A stretch of DNA of 64,000 nt from Raja brachyura (lineage: Eukaryota), in NCBI GenBank assembly GCA_963514005.1, contig OY740783.1, positions 5,642,001-5,706,000 of the forward strand. Direction: 5' to 3'. This document shows, piece by piece, positions 52,069-64,000 of the stretch. Each line of letters begins with the position of its first letter. The first letter of the stretch is position 1. The notes below the pieces were generated by a model. It was not told where the DNA came from, did not search any database, and saw only the letters and a list, made by a program, of their open reading frames with translations. A program made the position numbers and the translations under genes.

Positions 52069-53393
52069 GACCTGTTCTGTGATTTCACTGCACATTGGGA
52101 GCGCTGTCTCCAAATTAGATATAGTTCTCTTTACTGCAAAATGGTGGTTTATTGCTCTGTGACCCTTTTCCTTTCCCTGTAATGCACCCATTGCCCAGAT
52201 GCCAAATTTAGTAAAAGCCCTGAAACTAGGGAAGATTTGGGATGAAAATCAAGGAACTGCAGGTGCTGGTTTACAAAAAAAGACACAAAGTGTTGGAGTA
52301 ACTCAGCGGGTCAGGCAGCATCTGTGGAGAACATGGATAGGTGACGTTTCACAGAGTGCTGGAGTAACTCAGCGGGTCAGGCAGCATCTGTGGAGAACAT
52401 GGAAAGGTGAGATTTTGGGTGGGGAGCCTTCAGACTGATTTCTGGGTGTGGTTCTGTTTACTTCATGAAGGCAGTGGCAAGAATGAATTTGTCTCCAGGA
52501 TAGCTGTCCAATTGTGTTTTAATTGGGGCACTTTATGAAGACTGGTTTTCAGTTGATGACTAATTGTTATGATTAAGAAGACATTGAGGAATTTAAAGTG
52601 AATCTACATTGTACTTGGTTGAGGAACGTTAATGTGAACTAGTTGTTAACATTAACCATTTCACACAAGTGGTTAACCCTAATCAGACTTTGTTTGTTAT
52701 GAATTCTTATGAAGGACTTTCAAGTGAAAGGAATCTGTGATGTGTGGAGTGGTCATTCATAGAAACATAGAAATTAGGTGCAGGAGTAGGCCATTCGGCC
52801 CTTCAAGCCTGCACCGCCATTCAATATGATCATGGCTGATCATCCAACTCAGTATCCCGTACCTGCCTTCTCTCCATACCCTCTGATCCCCTTAGCCACA
52901 AGGGCCACATCTAACTCCCTCTTAAATATAGCCAATGAACTGGCCTCAACTACCCTCTGTGGCAGAGAGTTCCAGAGACCCACCACTCTCTGTGTGAAAA
53001 AAGTCCTTCTCATCTTGGTCCTAAAGGATTTCCCCCTTATCCTTAAGCTGTGACCCCTTGTTCTGGACTCCCCCAACATCGGGAACAATCTTCCTGCATC
53101 TAGCCTGTCCAACCCCTTAAGAATTATGTACGTTTCTATAAGATCCCCTCTCAATCTCCTAAATTCTAGAGAGTATAAACCGAGTCTATGCAGTCTTTGT
53201 TCATAAGACAGTCCTGACATCCCAGGAATCAGTCTGGTGAACCTTCTCTGCACTCCCTCTTTGCCAATAATGTCCTTCCTCAGATTTGGGGACCAGAACT
53301 GTACGCAATACTCCAGGTGTGGCCTCACCAAGACCCTATACAACTGAAGTAGAACCTCCCTGCTCCTATACTCAAATCCTTTTCCTATGAAAG

Positions 53394-56300
53394 TCTTCCC
53401 GTGGATTTTGAAGCAACAGCAACAAAGAGAAGCAGGAGAAAGCACTGATTGGCTCTAGCCCAAGTGGGAGGAGAGTTCTCAGTGAGTCAGAGGGGGAAAA
53501 CAGTTGAAAAGGAGAGACAAAGCACAGGCAGACTTCACTCAGTCTTCCCGTGGATTTTGAAGCAACAGCAACAAAGAGAAGCAGGAGAAAGCACTGATTG
53601 GCTCTAGCCCAAGTGGGAGGAGAGTTCTCAGTGAGTCAGAGGGGGAAAGCAGTTGAAAACTGAGGAATTTGGTTTGTGAATTAGGCAATTGAACAGTCAA
53701 TATAAGCAAGGCAGCTCTTGGGGAGCAGCCTTGTGAGGGAAGTGCCCTGTGAGTAAAGTGTGAGTCTTTGGCTCGAGAGTCTTCGGAGAGGAGGCTGCGC
53801 AAAACACTGGATAGGGAGAGACCGAGGCAAAAGAAGGAGATGTCAAGCAAGCTGATGCAGTGTGATGCTTGCAGTATGTGGGAGGTCAAGGACAGTGCTG
53901 GTGCCTCTGGATGCTACAAATGTGAGAAGTGCATCCAGGTACAGCTCCTGAAGGACCGTGTTGGGGAACTGGAGAAACAAGTGGATGACCTCAGGTTCAT
54001 CCGAGAAACTGAGTCGTTCCTCGACAAGTCCTTCAGTGAGATTGTTACACCCAAGGCACTAGAAGAGAGAAGGTGGGTGACGGTGAGAAAGGGAGGAAAA
54101 CATGGAATGCAAAGGTCCCCGGGTGTTGTACCTCTTGTGAACAGGTTCACCCACGTGGAAGCTGCCGGGACAGAAGACGGTATCCCACTGAGCGGCGGAC
54201 TGGCTTGCAAAACAAAAAGGGCTGATGAGCCAAAACCAAAGAGGCCAAAGTCGGGCAACGCCATTGTAGTTGGAGACTCCATTGTGAGAGGTACGGACAG
54301 GGGTTTTTGCGGCAACAGACGGGATTCCAGGAGGTGTGCTGCCTTCCTGGTGCCAGGATCCAGGATGTTACGGACAGAGTGCATACAATCCTCAAGGACG
54401 AAGGTGAACAGCCGGAAGTGGTCGTGCATGTTGGCACAAATGATGTTGGAAAGAAGGGGATGAATATTTTGCAGCGGGACTTCAGAGAGCTTGGAAAAAT
54501 GCTGAAAAGCAGGACTTCCAGGGTTGTTATCTCCGGTTTGCTTCCAGTTCCTCGTGCTGGCGAGAGCAGGAACAGGGAGATACGGGACCTGAATGTGTGG
54601 CTGAGGAACTGGTGCAGGGGGCAGGGATTTAGATTCTTAGATCACTGGGATCTGTTTTGGAGTAAGGGGGAACTGTACAAAAGGGATGGATTGCATCTTA
54701 ACAGGTGGGGGACCAGCATTCTGGCCGGCAGGTTTGCCACTGCTACACGGATGGTTTTAAACTGAATAAGGGAGGTGGGGTGTCAAATGGGATAATTGAG
54801 AACGGAGTTAAAGGGAAAGAGAGTAAAGGGATGGTTAATGACCCCAGAATTAATGGGAAAGAAAGCTCACAAAGGGATAGGAGAGTATGGCCAAGTGTAA
54901 TAGGGATCGATGTGAAAGGGGCCACTTGTCAACATAATTGTATAAGGAGTAAGAGTGTTGTAAAAACAAGTCTGAAGGCTTTGTGTCTCAATGCGAGGAG
55001 CATTCGTAATAAGGTGGATGAGTTGAAGGTGCAGATAGCGATTAATGACTATGCTATAGTTGGGATCACGGAGACATGGCTCCAGGATGACCAAGGCTGG
55101 GAGCTGAACATCCAGGGATATTCAATATTCAGGAGGGATAGACGAAAAGGAAAAGGAGGTGGGGTAGCGTTGCTGGTGAGAGAGGAGATTGATGCAATAG
55201 AAAGGAAGGACATTAGCGTGGAGGATGTGGAATCGATATGGGTAGAGCTGCGAAACTCTAAGGGGCAGAAAACGCTAGTGGGAGCTGTGTGCAGGCCACC
55301 TAACAGTAGTATTGGAGTTGGGGATGGCATCAAACAGGAAATTAGAAATGCGTGCAACAAGGGTAACACGGTTATAATGGGTGACTTCAATCTGCATGTA
55401 GATTGGGTGAATCAAATTGGCAGGGGTGTTGAGGAAGAGGATTTCCTGGAATTTATGCGGGATAGTTTTCTCAACCAACATGTGCAGGAACCAACGAGAG
55501 AGCAGGCTATTCTAGACTGGGTATTGAGTAATGAGGAAGGGTTAGTTAGCAGTCTTGTTGTGCATGGCCCCTTGGGCAAGAGTGACCATAATATGGTTGA
55601 GTTCTTCATTAGAAACATAGAAACATAGAACATAGAAAATAGGTGCAGGAGTAGGCCATTCGGCCCTTCGAGCCTGCACCGCCATTCAATGTGATCATGG
55701 CTGATCATCCAACTCAGTATCCCGTACCTGCCTTCTCTCCATACCCCCTGATCCCTTTAGCCACAAGTGCCACATCTAACGCCCTCTTAAATATAGCCAA
55801 TGAACTGGCCTCAACTACCTTCTGTGGCAGAGAATTCCAGAGACTCACCACTCTCTGTGTAAAGAATGTTTTCCTCATTTCGGTTCTAAAGGAATTCCCC
55901 CTTATCCTTAGACTGTGACCCCTTGTTCTGGACTCCCCCAACATCGGGAACAATCTTCCAGCATCTAGCTTGTCCAACCCCTTAAGAATTTTGTAGGTTT
56001 CTATAAGATCCCCCCTCAATCTTCTAAATTCCATCGAGTACAAACCGAGTCTATCCAATCTTTCCTCATATGAAAGTCCTGACATCCCAGGAATCAGTCT
56101 GGTGAATCTTCTCTGTACCCCCTCTATGGCAAGGATGTCTTTCCTCAGATTTGGAGACCAAAACTGTACGCAGTACTCCAGGTGTGGCCTCACCAAAACC
56201 CTGTACAACTGCAGTAGAACCTCCCTGCTCCTATACTCAAATCCTTTCGCTATGAATGCTAACATACCATTTGCTTTCTTCACTGCCTGCTGCACCTGCA

Positions 56301-58830
56301 TGCCTACTTTCAATGACTGGTGTACCATGACACCCAGGTCTCGTTGCATCTCCCCCTTACCTAATCTGCCACCATTCAGATAATAGTCTACCCTCATGTT
56401 TTTGCCACCAAAGTGGATAACCTCACATTTATCCACATTGTACTGCATCTGCCATGCATCTGCCCATTCACTCAGCCTATCCAAATCACCCTGCAGCCTC
56501 CAAGCATCCTCCTCACACCTAACTATACCCCCCAGCTTGGTATCATCTGCAATTCATCTGCATCTGCATCATTAGGATGGAGAGTGACAAAATTAAGTCA
56601 GAAACAAGGGTTCTGAACTTGAACAAAGGGAACTTTGAAGGTATGAGATGTGAATTGGCCAAGATAGACTGGCAGGTGATTCTTAAAGGGTTGACAGTGG
56701 ATGTGCAATGGAAGGTATTTAAAGACTGCATGGATGAAGTACAAAAGTTGTTCATACCAGTTTGGCAAAATAATAAATCGGGGAAGGTGGTGCATCCATG
56801 GATAACAAGGGAAATCAGTTATAGTATAAAAACAAAAGATGAGGCATACAAATTTGCCAGAAAAAGCAGCCTACCGGAGGACTGGGAGAAATTCAGAATC
56901 CAGCAGAGGAGGACAAAGGGCTTAATTAGGAAAGGGAAAATAGATTATGAAAGGAAACTGGCAGGGAACATAAAAACTGACTGCAAAAGTTTTTATAGAT
57001 ATGTGAAGAGAAAGAGACTAGTTAAAACAAATGTTGGTCCCTTGCAGTCAGAAACAGGTGAATTGATCATGGGGAACAAGGACATGGCAGACCAATTGAA
57101 TAAGTACTTTGGTTCTGTCTTCACTAAGGAAGACCTAAATAATCTGCCGGAAATAGCAGTGGAACGGGGGTCAAATAAGATGGAGGAACTGAGTGAAATC
57201 CAGGTTAGCCGGGAGGTGGTGTTGGGTAAATTGAATGGATTGAAGGCCGATAAATCCCCAGGGCCAGATAGTCTGCATCCCAGAGTACTCAAGGAGGTAG
57301 CCACAGAAATAGTGGATGCATTAGTGATAATTTTTCAAAATTCCTTAGATTCTGGAGTAGTTCCTGAGGATTGGAGGGTAGCTAATGTAACCCCACTTTT
57401 TAAAAAAGGAGGGAGAGAGAAAGCGGGGAATTACAGACCAGTTAGTCTAACATCGGTAGTGGGGAAACTGCTAGAGTCAGTTATTAAAGATGGGATAGCA
57501 GTGCATTTGGAAAGTGGTGAAATCATTGGACAAAGTCAGCATGGATTTACGAAAGGTAAATCATGTCTGACAAATCTGATAGAATTTTTCGAGGATGTAA
57601 CTAGTAGAGTGGATAAGGGAGAACCAGTGGATGTGTTATATCTAGACTTTCAGAAGGCTTTCGACAAGGTCCCGCATAAGAGATTAGCATACAAACTTAA
57701 AGCACACGGTATTGGGGGTTCAGTATTGATGTGGATAGAGAACTGGCTAGCAGACAGGAGGCAAAGGGTAGGAGTAAACGGGTCCTTTTCAGAATGGCAG
57801 GCAGTGACTAGTGGGGTGCCGCAAGGCTCAGTGCTGGGACCCCAGCTATTTACAATATATATTAATGATTTGGACGAGGGAATTCAATGCAACATCTCCA
57901 AATTTGCAGATGATACCAAGCTGGGGGGTATAGTTAGGTGTGAGGAGGATGCTTGGAGGCTGCAGGGTGATTTGGATAGGCTGAGTGAATGGGCAGATGC
58001 ATGGCAGATGCAGTATAATGTGGATAAATGTGAGGTTATCCACTTTGGTGGCAAAAACATGAGGGTAGACTATTATCTCAATGGTGGCAGATTAGGAAAG
58101 GGGGAGATGCAACAAGACCTGGGTGTCATGGTGCACCAGTCATTGAAAGTAGGCATGCAGGTGCAGCAGGCAGTGAAGAAAGCAAATGGTATGTTAGCAT
58201 TCATAGCAAAAGGATTTGAGTATAGGAGCAGGGAGGTTCTACTGCAGTTGTACAGGGTTTTGGTGAGGCCACACCTGGAGTATTGCGTACAGTTTTGGTC
58301 TCGAAATCTGAGGAAAGACATCCTTGCCATAGAGGGGGTACAGAGAAGATTCACCAGACTGATTCCTGGGATGTCAGGAATTTCATATGAGGAAAGATTG
58401 GATAGACTCGGCTTGTACTCGCTGGAATTTAGAAGATTGAGGGGGGATCTTATAGAAACTTACAAAATTCTTAAGGGGTTGGACAAGCTAGATGCTGGAA
58501 GATGGTTCCCGATGTTGGGGGAGTCCAGAACAAGGGGTCACAGTCTAAGGATAAGGGGGAATTCCTTTAGGACCGAAATGAGGAAAACGTTCTTTACACA
58601 GAGAGTGGTGAGTCTCTGGAATTCTCTGCCACAGAAGGTAGTTGAGGCCAGTTCATTGGCTATATTTAAGAGGGCGTTAGATGTAGCACTTGTGGCTAAA
58701 GGGATCAGGGGGTATGGAGAGAAGGCAGGTACGGGATACTGAGTTGGATGATCAGCCATGATCACATTGAATGGCGGTGCAGGCTCGAAGGGCTGAATGG
58801 CCTACTCCTGCACCTATTTTCTATGTTTCT
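53394..58830 (+). mobile_element. Full-length CR1 LINE (5' UTR repeat, zinc-finger/esterase ORF1, APE-RT ORF2)
   Basis: 5' UTR with ~150-bp tandem unit. ORF1 from 53840 (CDAC..CEKC, GDSIVRG, HVGTND, DGLHL; one frameshift near 54330). Endonuclease 54705-55612 and RT 56577..58742 (FADD). TSD ctatgaaag at 53385-53393 and 58829-58837. Confidence 0.95.
55613..56568 (-). mobile_element. 5'-truncated CR1 inserted antisense into ORF2 of the full-length CR1
   Basis: ORF 55714..56484 is nearly identical to the host C-terminus; TSD tcattag at 55606-55612 and 56569-56575. Confidence 0.93.
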
Positions 58831-61807
58831 ATGAAAGCTAACATACCATTCGCTTTCTTCATTGCATGCTGTACCTGCATGCCTACTTTCAATGACTGGT
58901 GTACCATGACACCCAGGTCGGGCTGCATCTCCCCTTTTCCTAATCGGCCTCCATTTAGATAGTAGTCGGTTTTCCTATTTTTGCCACCAAAGTGGATAAC
59001 CTCACATTTATCCACATTATACTGCATCTGCCAAACATTTGCCCACTCACCCAGCCTATCCAAGTCACCTTGCAGTCTCCTAGCATCTTCCTCACAGCTA
59101 ACACTGCCCCCCAGCTTAGTGTCATCCACAAACTTGGAGATATTGCCTTCAATTCCCTCATCCAGATCATTAATGTATATTGTAAATAGCTGGGGTCCCA
59201 GCACTGAGCCTTGCGGTACCCCACTAGTCACTGCCTGCCATTGTGAAAACGACCCGTTTACTCCTTCTCTTTGCTTCCTGTTTGCCAGCCAGTTCTCTAT
59301 CCACATCAATACTGAACCCCCAATGCCGTATGCTTTAAGTTTATATACTAATCTCTTTTGTGGGACCTTGTCGAAAGCCTTCTGGAAGTCCAGATACACC
59401 ACATCCACTGGTTCTCCCCTATCCACGCTATTAGTTACATCCTCGAAAAATTCCACAAGATTTGTCAGACATGATTTACCTTTCGTAAATCCATGCTGAC
59501 TTTGTCCAATGATTTCACCACTTTCCAAATGTGCTGCTATCCCATCTTTAATAACTGACTCTAGCAGTTTCCCCACTACCGATGTTAGACTAACTGGTCT
59601 GTAATTCCCCGTTTTCTCTCTCTCCCCCCCCCCCCCCCCCCCCTTCTTAAAAAGAGGGGTCACATTTGCTACCCTCCAATCCTCAGGAACTACTCCAGAA
59701 TCTAAAGAGTTTTGAAAGATTGTCACTAATGCATCCACTATTTCCGGAGCTACTTCCTTAAGTAGTCTGGGATGCAGCCTATCTGGCCCTGGGGATTTAT
59801 CGGCCTTTAATCCATTCAATTTACCCAACACCACTTCCTGACTAACCTGGATTTCACTTACCTTTGGACTGTACAGACTGTTGTCGAGATTTGTAAAGGT
59901 TTTTTGAGCAGGAGCATCCAAATATAAAGTGCTGGAGTAACTCAGCAGGTCAGGCAGCATCTCTGGAGAACATGGACAGGTGACATTTCACAGAGTGCTG
60001 GAGTAACTCAGCGGGTCAGGCAGCATCTGTGGAGAACATGGACAGGTGACGTTTCACAGAGTGCTGGATTAACTCAGTGGGTCACGTTTGATGCCAAACG
60101 TGAAGAGTACAACATTGGGCAGCTCAGTCGGGGAGTTCACTGTTTGTGTGAAGTATTGTCTTTGATATAGCTCGGATGTTGCTGTGCCAGTTTGATTATG
60201 AAAATAGTCAATGTATTCTTCTGCCCTGTAGGATTCACTACTGCAGACAGTACATGTGACTAACCTTGAAACATTGGGCCTAGGGTTATTTTTCCAGGCC
60301 CTTAATAACTGTTGAAGATTAATTTAACTTTTTATTTTCAGATAGACTAAGTTACATACAAAACAAACCAATGTCACGTTAGTGATTTGAAGTCTGACGA
60401 CATCCTCCTTCACACCTAGGGAGGAAGAGATTCCAATTGTAATTGAAGGTCATGAGAAACAGGATCAGCCATTGAAAGGATTGTAGTGAACCTTACAGGG
60501 TAGCAGAATACATTGACTACTGTAATTCCCTGCCACAGCAACATGCCAGCTTTGTTGAAGGGCAGCACAGTGGTTGAGTTGTTGCCTTAGTGCCAGAGAC
60601 ACTGGTTCTGTACGGAGTTTGTACGTTCTCCCGGTGACCAAGTGGGTTTTCTCCGATTTTATCCTTCATGTTTTCCCCCTTATCCTTCATGTTTTATCAC
60701 TGTCACATCTGGCCTTCGTCACTTATTCCATCCATTTGCCAACCACCCACCCTCACATGCCAGGCTTTGTCCCAGCCCCACTTTCCATCTTTCTCCCCCT
60801 TCAGTCTGAAGGTTTCTAACCCAATCTGTCTATTTCCCCCACAGATGCTGCCTGACCCTAAGTTCCTCCAGTATTTCTGCTCGGCATTCCAGCAACCTGA
60901 AATCCAAGGAATGTGACCACAAAGCAATTGGGAAAAGACATTGTTAATCTTTCTCAAAGATTTATCCCCATTGAAACCACGAGAGGATCTAAACAAGGAC
61001 CTTCTCTTCATACCATCTCCACAAAGACTAGATTAGGTAGACATGGTTATAACAAAAAACAGATCACTTTAAGGATTGAAAACTCCTGACATCCTTGATC
61101 ACACCCTCTATCACAAGCAGTACTTGGAACAGCAAGTTGACAAAGCACATCTATCACAAACCATAGGAAACTGGGGACATTAGAAGATATCCAAAGACCT
61201 TGGCACATCAACCAGAAACAAGCAGAGTAATTGTAGATGGAGAAACAGGTAGATTCTACATTCACCTCAAAGTATCAAACATTGGATGGTCAAGGCCTGG
61301 AAAAATAACACTTGGCCCAATGTTTCAAGGTCAGTTTACGTCACATGTACCAATTAAGGTACAGTGGAATTCAAATGAGTCTGCAGTAGTGAATCCTACA
61401 AGGTGGAAGAATACATTGACTATTTTCATAATCAAACTGGCACAGCAACATCCCAGCTATATCAAAGCCAACACTTCACACAAACCGTGAACTCCCCGAC
61501 TGAGCTGCCCAATGCTGTACTCTTCACGATTGGCATCAAACGTGACCCACTGAGTTACTCCAGTGCTCTGTGAAACATCACCTATCCATGTTCTCCACAG
61601 ATGCTGCCTGACCCGCTGAGTTACTCCAGCATTTTGAGCAAGAGCATCCAAGTATCTACAACAGTCTGTCCAGTCCAAAGCTCAATGAATGACCACTCCA
61701 CGCATTCCTTTCACCTGAAAGTCCTTCATAAGAATTCATAATAAACAAGCTTTGATTAGGGTAGTTAATATTAACCATTTCACACAAGTGGTTAACAACT
61801 AGCTCAC

Positions 61808-64000
61808 GGACTTCCGTCGGTGCTTTGGAGTAAGGCAGACTCGCGCCGTTTAGCTCCACAAAAAATTGATTACAAACGGCGGGGGCAAAAATCGGACTTA
61901 CTTGCAGTACAACGGTACCGGTTGCTTGCAGTAAGCGTGTGACGTCATCAAGCGTGCGACAACACCGGCGGTATGTCTACTCTACATACACACACACCAA
62001 GTTGAGAAAACCCGGTAAGAAGTAGGCCCGACTCAGGTTTAACATCGTCCCAAGAAGAGATCTCAAAGAAGAAGAAAAACAGATGTGGAAGAATTAAGAA
62101 GTTTCCTCGCACAAGAAATCTCAAATATAATGGAAGAATTGAAAAAACTTAAACAGAACTTCAAGGAAGAATTGAATTTTTTTTTTAAAGAAATTAAAGA
62201 AGAAATTCAAGGAGATGTCGTAGCCTCTGTACATGAAGTACTGGAATCCTGGAAGTTAAACATGGAAGAAAATCTTAATCAAAAGATTGAAGAGGTAAAT
62301 GTTAAATTGAATTTGATGGAATCCGCATTTAATTCAAAGTTGGACCCCATTTCCCAGGCACTAGAGCAACAACATAACACTGTAATTGAATTAGAGGAAA
62401 TAGCTGAAACAAGCTGTAAAACTACAAGAAAGCTTCTCTCCGAGAACAAGCATTTATCAGACATTGCATAAAATAACTGAAAAATGTATTGACTTGGAGG
62501 GATGTCAGAGACGCCAGAATCTAAGAATTATGGGTGTTTGGGAAGGCAGAGAGGGGAACCGTGACCCCCGTGAATTTGCTGCAGATCTATTGAAGAAAGT
62601 TTTAAATCGGATCAAGCACCTTTACTTGCTTGGGCACATAGAGCATTGAGACGCTGCCCAAGGGCGGACGCCCCCACAAGACAACAGATAGTGAAGGTGC
62701 AATATGACCATGTTTTGGATGGTATGATGAAGAAAATCGTTCGCAGCAGAAATCTCGAATTTGGATCGGTATATTTCGAGATTACCCTGTGGAGGTCGCC
62801 AAGAAAAGAGCATTGTTTACAGACACAAGAAGAATACTTAAGAACATAAAAAACCTGAGATATGGACTGATGTACCCCGCAACATTGAGAATCACCTACG
62901 ACAAGAAGGAATATTTCTTCTCCAAGCACACAGAGGCCCTTGAATTTGCAAAGAACATCGAGAGCGAGAGTGAGACTGAGGATTGAATAACATTCAACAC
63001 TCACCTGACGATACCGGATATTGTTACCCCACAGAGAAGAAATTGAACTTTAAATTGCTATACTTAAGGACTGTCTAGAATTTAGAATGAGAATTGAGTA
63101 GTTATCTTGTTATTGTTATATAATATTTTATATTTTAGTACTAATTATTACTAATTACTACTAATCATGATTACTAATTATTATTAATTATTGTTAACTG
63201 GATCAAATTAGAATTAGCTAAAAGGATGAATTATAAGTAATGTGTGATTCAGGCAATTTATTAATAAAAATGTTGGAGGTTTACTCCGTGGTACTTTTGA
63301 CTAATCGTTGACTAATATTTTTGCTATACGAGACTAATATTTTACTTTGAGACTAATTATTATATTCCACTAGTGGAATATAACCATTGTTTTCCATCCC
63401 CCATGTAATGTTTTTATTGAAATTGAAGATTTCCTTTTAAGGAAAGTACGGAGCTAGTAATATTTTTTTTACCAAAAGAAGCCCTTAGATGTCTAGCCAC
63501 ATTAGGGTGGCTATCACTAACTGCACTAACTATAGATGTAGTTTTTTTTCTTTCTTTTACACTTTACTAATATAACACTCTTACTTTTTCTATTTTATAT
63601 TATATTATAATTTTTATTTTGAATGGAATTATAAGTTTTATTTAAGGAGATATGTCCGAGAAGAAAATCTACGAGATCTAAAATTAATCTATCTGAAGTT
63701 CGGGTGTAAGGTAGGGTTTAATGTGCTGAACCATCTGCTCAATCATAGACCACCTTAATCATGATGCAAGATGTAAATGTGAAAACTGGGGGTGAAGGAA
63801 TTGCATTCTGTAGTTGGAATGTTAAGGGAATTAATGAACCCATCAAGAGAGGTAAAGTATTAGCTCATTTAAAATTGCTTAAAACGGATATATTTCCCCA
63901 GGAAACTCATCTTAAAAAGCACAACACAGATTGAAAGCAAAATAGATTGCTCAAACACGTCACTCTTAATTCACACATAAATCTAGAGGGGTTGCAATAT
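61808..64000 (+). mobile_element. L1-clade LINE 5' portion (ORF1, inter-ORF spacer, start of ORF2), running off the window
   Basis: Begins gacttccg. ORFs 62085-62986 parallel ORF1 at 28244 (KITEKCIDLEG.QRRQNLRI). FCSWNVKGINEPIKRGK at ~63805. Confidence 0.88.

Larger units (their letters stand above)
52758..59858 (-). mobile_element. CR1 LINE (3' portion) split by a full-length CR1
   Basis: ORFs 52849..53445 and 58821..59960 rejoin across the ctatgaaag duplication. Confidence 0.9.

Overview
Repeat-rich eukaryotic DNA from a cartilaginous fish, most likely a skate or ray. It holds one complete IgM heavy-chain cluster on the + strand: leader (11525-11570), VH (11745-12048), a 12-RSS-led D(D)J unit (12657-12726), Cmu1-Cmu4 plus secretory tail (18396-24522), TM1 (34879-35006) and TM2 (35588-35596). 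All exons are open and in compatible splice phase. The D and J segments are already fused in the genomic sequence (V + DDJ configuration), while the V RSS has a perfect heptamer but no nonamer at 23 bp. The J-C intron carries an inverted ~155-bp duplication with an octamer in each arm (candidate enhancer), and TM1 uses a GC splice donor. The rest is nested transposons: many CR1 LINEs, a full-length L1 with TSD in the Cmu4-TM1 intron, DIRS1, Rex1/Babar, Penelope-like fragments, a non-autonomous Helitron, a Harbinger MITE and a THAP-remnant foldback. All calls were made by eye with no database search, and TE boundaries without a TSD are approximate.
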